A stretch of DNA of 64,000 bases, from positions 18,319-82,318 of the forward strand of contig JAZORN010000103.1 of assembly GCA_045656645.1 (NCBI GenBank), written 5' to 3'. Below are positions 62,899 through 64,000 of this stretch, piece by piece. This DNA comes from Clostridia bacterium (lineage in GTDB: Bacteria; Bacillota; Clostridia; UMGS1883). The number at the start of each line of letters is the position of its first letter. Position 1 is the stretch's first letter. The position numbers and the translations under genes were made by a program. The notes under the pieces were generated by a model that saw only the letters and a program-made list of their open reading frames with translations, was not told the DNA's origin and did not search any database.

Positions 62899-64000
62899 AT
62901 GGAGCTTAAAATAATCGGCGGTGGACTTGCAGGGTGTGAGGCTGCCTGGCAGGCTGCAAACAGAGGTATAAAGGTAAAGCTTTACGAGATGAAGCCGTCT
63001 GTTTTTTCGCCTGCGCATACAAATGAAGATTTATGCGAGCTTGTCTGCTCAAACTCTTTAAAGGGGAACGGTCTTGACAATGCCTGCGGTCTTTTAAAGG
63101 AAGAAATGCGCAGAATGGACAGCCTTGTTATAGCCGCAGCAGATAAGACAAGTGTTCCTGCAGGCGGTGCACTGGCGGTAGACCGTGACAAGTTTTCTGC
63201 CCTTGTTACAAAGCATATAAAGGAGCATCCCAATATAGAGCTTACACGCGAAACTGTAAGTGATATAAACACAGACGAATATACAATTGTTGCAACGGGG
63301 CCTCTTACCCATAGTGCGCTTACAGAGCCGATATTAAAGCTTACGGGTGAAAAATCACTCTTTTTCTTTGATGCGGCGGCACCCGTTGTCACACGTGAGA
63401 GCATTGATGAAAGTATAACATATCTTGCCGCACGCTACGGCAAAGGAACGCCTGACTATATAAACTGTCCTATGGAAAAGGACGAGTATGAGGCATTTTA
63501 TAATGCACTTATAAGTGCCGAGCGTGCACCGCTTCACGAAGAGGTGGAAAATATAAAGGTGTTTGAGGGATGTATGCCCGTTGAAATTATGGCGCAAAGG
63601 GGAAGGGAAACACTGTGCTTCGGCCCTCTTAAACCAAAGGGACTTCCCAATCCCAGAACGGGGAGAGAGCCATATGCAGTATTGCAGCTTCGCAGGGATA
63701 ATACCGAGGGTACTCTGTATAATCTTGTAGGCTTTCAGACGAACCTTAAATTCGGGGAACAGAAGAGAGTTTTCTCGATGATACCGGGACTAAGTAACGC
63801 TGAATTTGTTCGCTACGGCGTAATGCACCGTAATACGTATATTAACTCTCCGCTTGTCCTTGAAAATGATTACAGTCTTTTAAAGTACCCTAAAGTCTTT
63901 TTTGCAGGACAGATAACGGGTGTAGAGGGTTACGTGGAGTCGGCATCCTCGGGGTTAGTTGCAGGTATAAATGCCGCACGGAAAATCCTCGGCAGAGATA
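62899..64000 (+). CDS. trmFO: Methylenetetrahydrofolate--tRNA-(uracil54-C5)-methyltransferase TrmFO, partial (3' end leaves the window).
   Basis: Not in the ORF track because the frame is open to the window end. Hand translation from ATG at 62899 gives [23 protein letters not shown]…LVCSNSLK…[13 protein letters not shown]. Confidence 0.92.
   Translation, partial: MELKIIGGGLAGCEAAWQAANRGIKVKLYEMKPSVFSPAHTNEDLCELVCSNSLKGNGLDNACGLLKEEMRRMDSLVIAAADKTSVPAGGALAVDRDKFSALVTKHIKEHPNIELTRETVSDINTDEYTIVATGPLTHSALTEPILKLTGEKSLFFFDAAAPVVTRESIDESITYLAARYGKGTPDYINCPMEKDEYEAFYNALISAERAPLHEEVENIKVFEGCMPVEIMAQRGRETLCFGPLKPKGLPNPRTGREPYAVLQLRRDNTEGTLYNLVGFQTNLKFGEQKRVFSMIPGLSNAEFVRYGVMHRNTYINSPLVLENDYSLLKYPKVFFAGQITGVEGYVESASSGLVAGINAARKILGRD

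Noticed and set aside
1-64000. Search for prophage, IS elements, integrases, CRISPR-Cas, restriction-modification or other defence islands.
   Set aside because: - No ORF in the track, and none in my hand translations, shows transposase, integrase, Cas, methyltransferase/endonuclease, or phage structural signatures.
- The only mobile-DNA trace with coding potential is the truncated doc fragment.

Overview
This window is a chromosomal segment of a low-GC Firmicute, probably a Clostridia or Oscillospiraceae-like gut anaerobe, and it is almost entirely core housekeeping genes. No transposase, integrase, CRISPR array or recognisable defence system is present.

Gene content, left to right:
- The 5' end of a giant SLH-anchored surface protein (minus strand, runs off the window), followed by a LytTR-type two-component system and a Doc toxin remnant.
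- A division/cell-wall (dcw) cluster on the minus strand: mraZ-rsmH-ftsL-pbp-murE-mraY-ftsW-murG-murA-ftsQ-ftsZ.
- A tRNA-Pro locus.
- A small accessory block: two DegT-family aminotransferases, a lectin-fold protein and a PocR/AraC regulator.
- Several transporters: NSS, TAXI-TRAP, ZIP and AGCS.
- The rimP-nusA-ylxR-ylxQ-infB-rbfA-nrnA-truB-ribF operon.
- pta-ackA, yceD-rpmF, tRNA-Arg and tRNA-Gly, infC-rpmI-rplT, dprA-topA, and the 5' end of trmFO (runs off the window).

The unusual content is non-coding. At least five families of structured intergenic repeats punctuate essential operons:
- Three families (A, B, C) are 207-278 bp long, closed by long inverted termini. They share an internal GAAGG-hairpin-YRAGRNNGA motif and show compensatory hairpin changes between copies.
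- One is a 130-nt leader shared by ftsW and a 42-codon ORF.
- One is a pair of about 175-bp inverted hairpin arrays that bracket a two-gene sugar-1-phosphate salvage cassette lying between convergent tRNA genes.

In addition, the tRNA-Pro gene is preceded, in the same predicted transcription unit, by a duplicated 58-nt leader and a 260-nt highly structured segment that carries tRNA-Pro fragments.

These RNA/DNA structures are the best candidates for something undescribed. None could be assigned to a known RNA family by eye.
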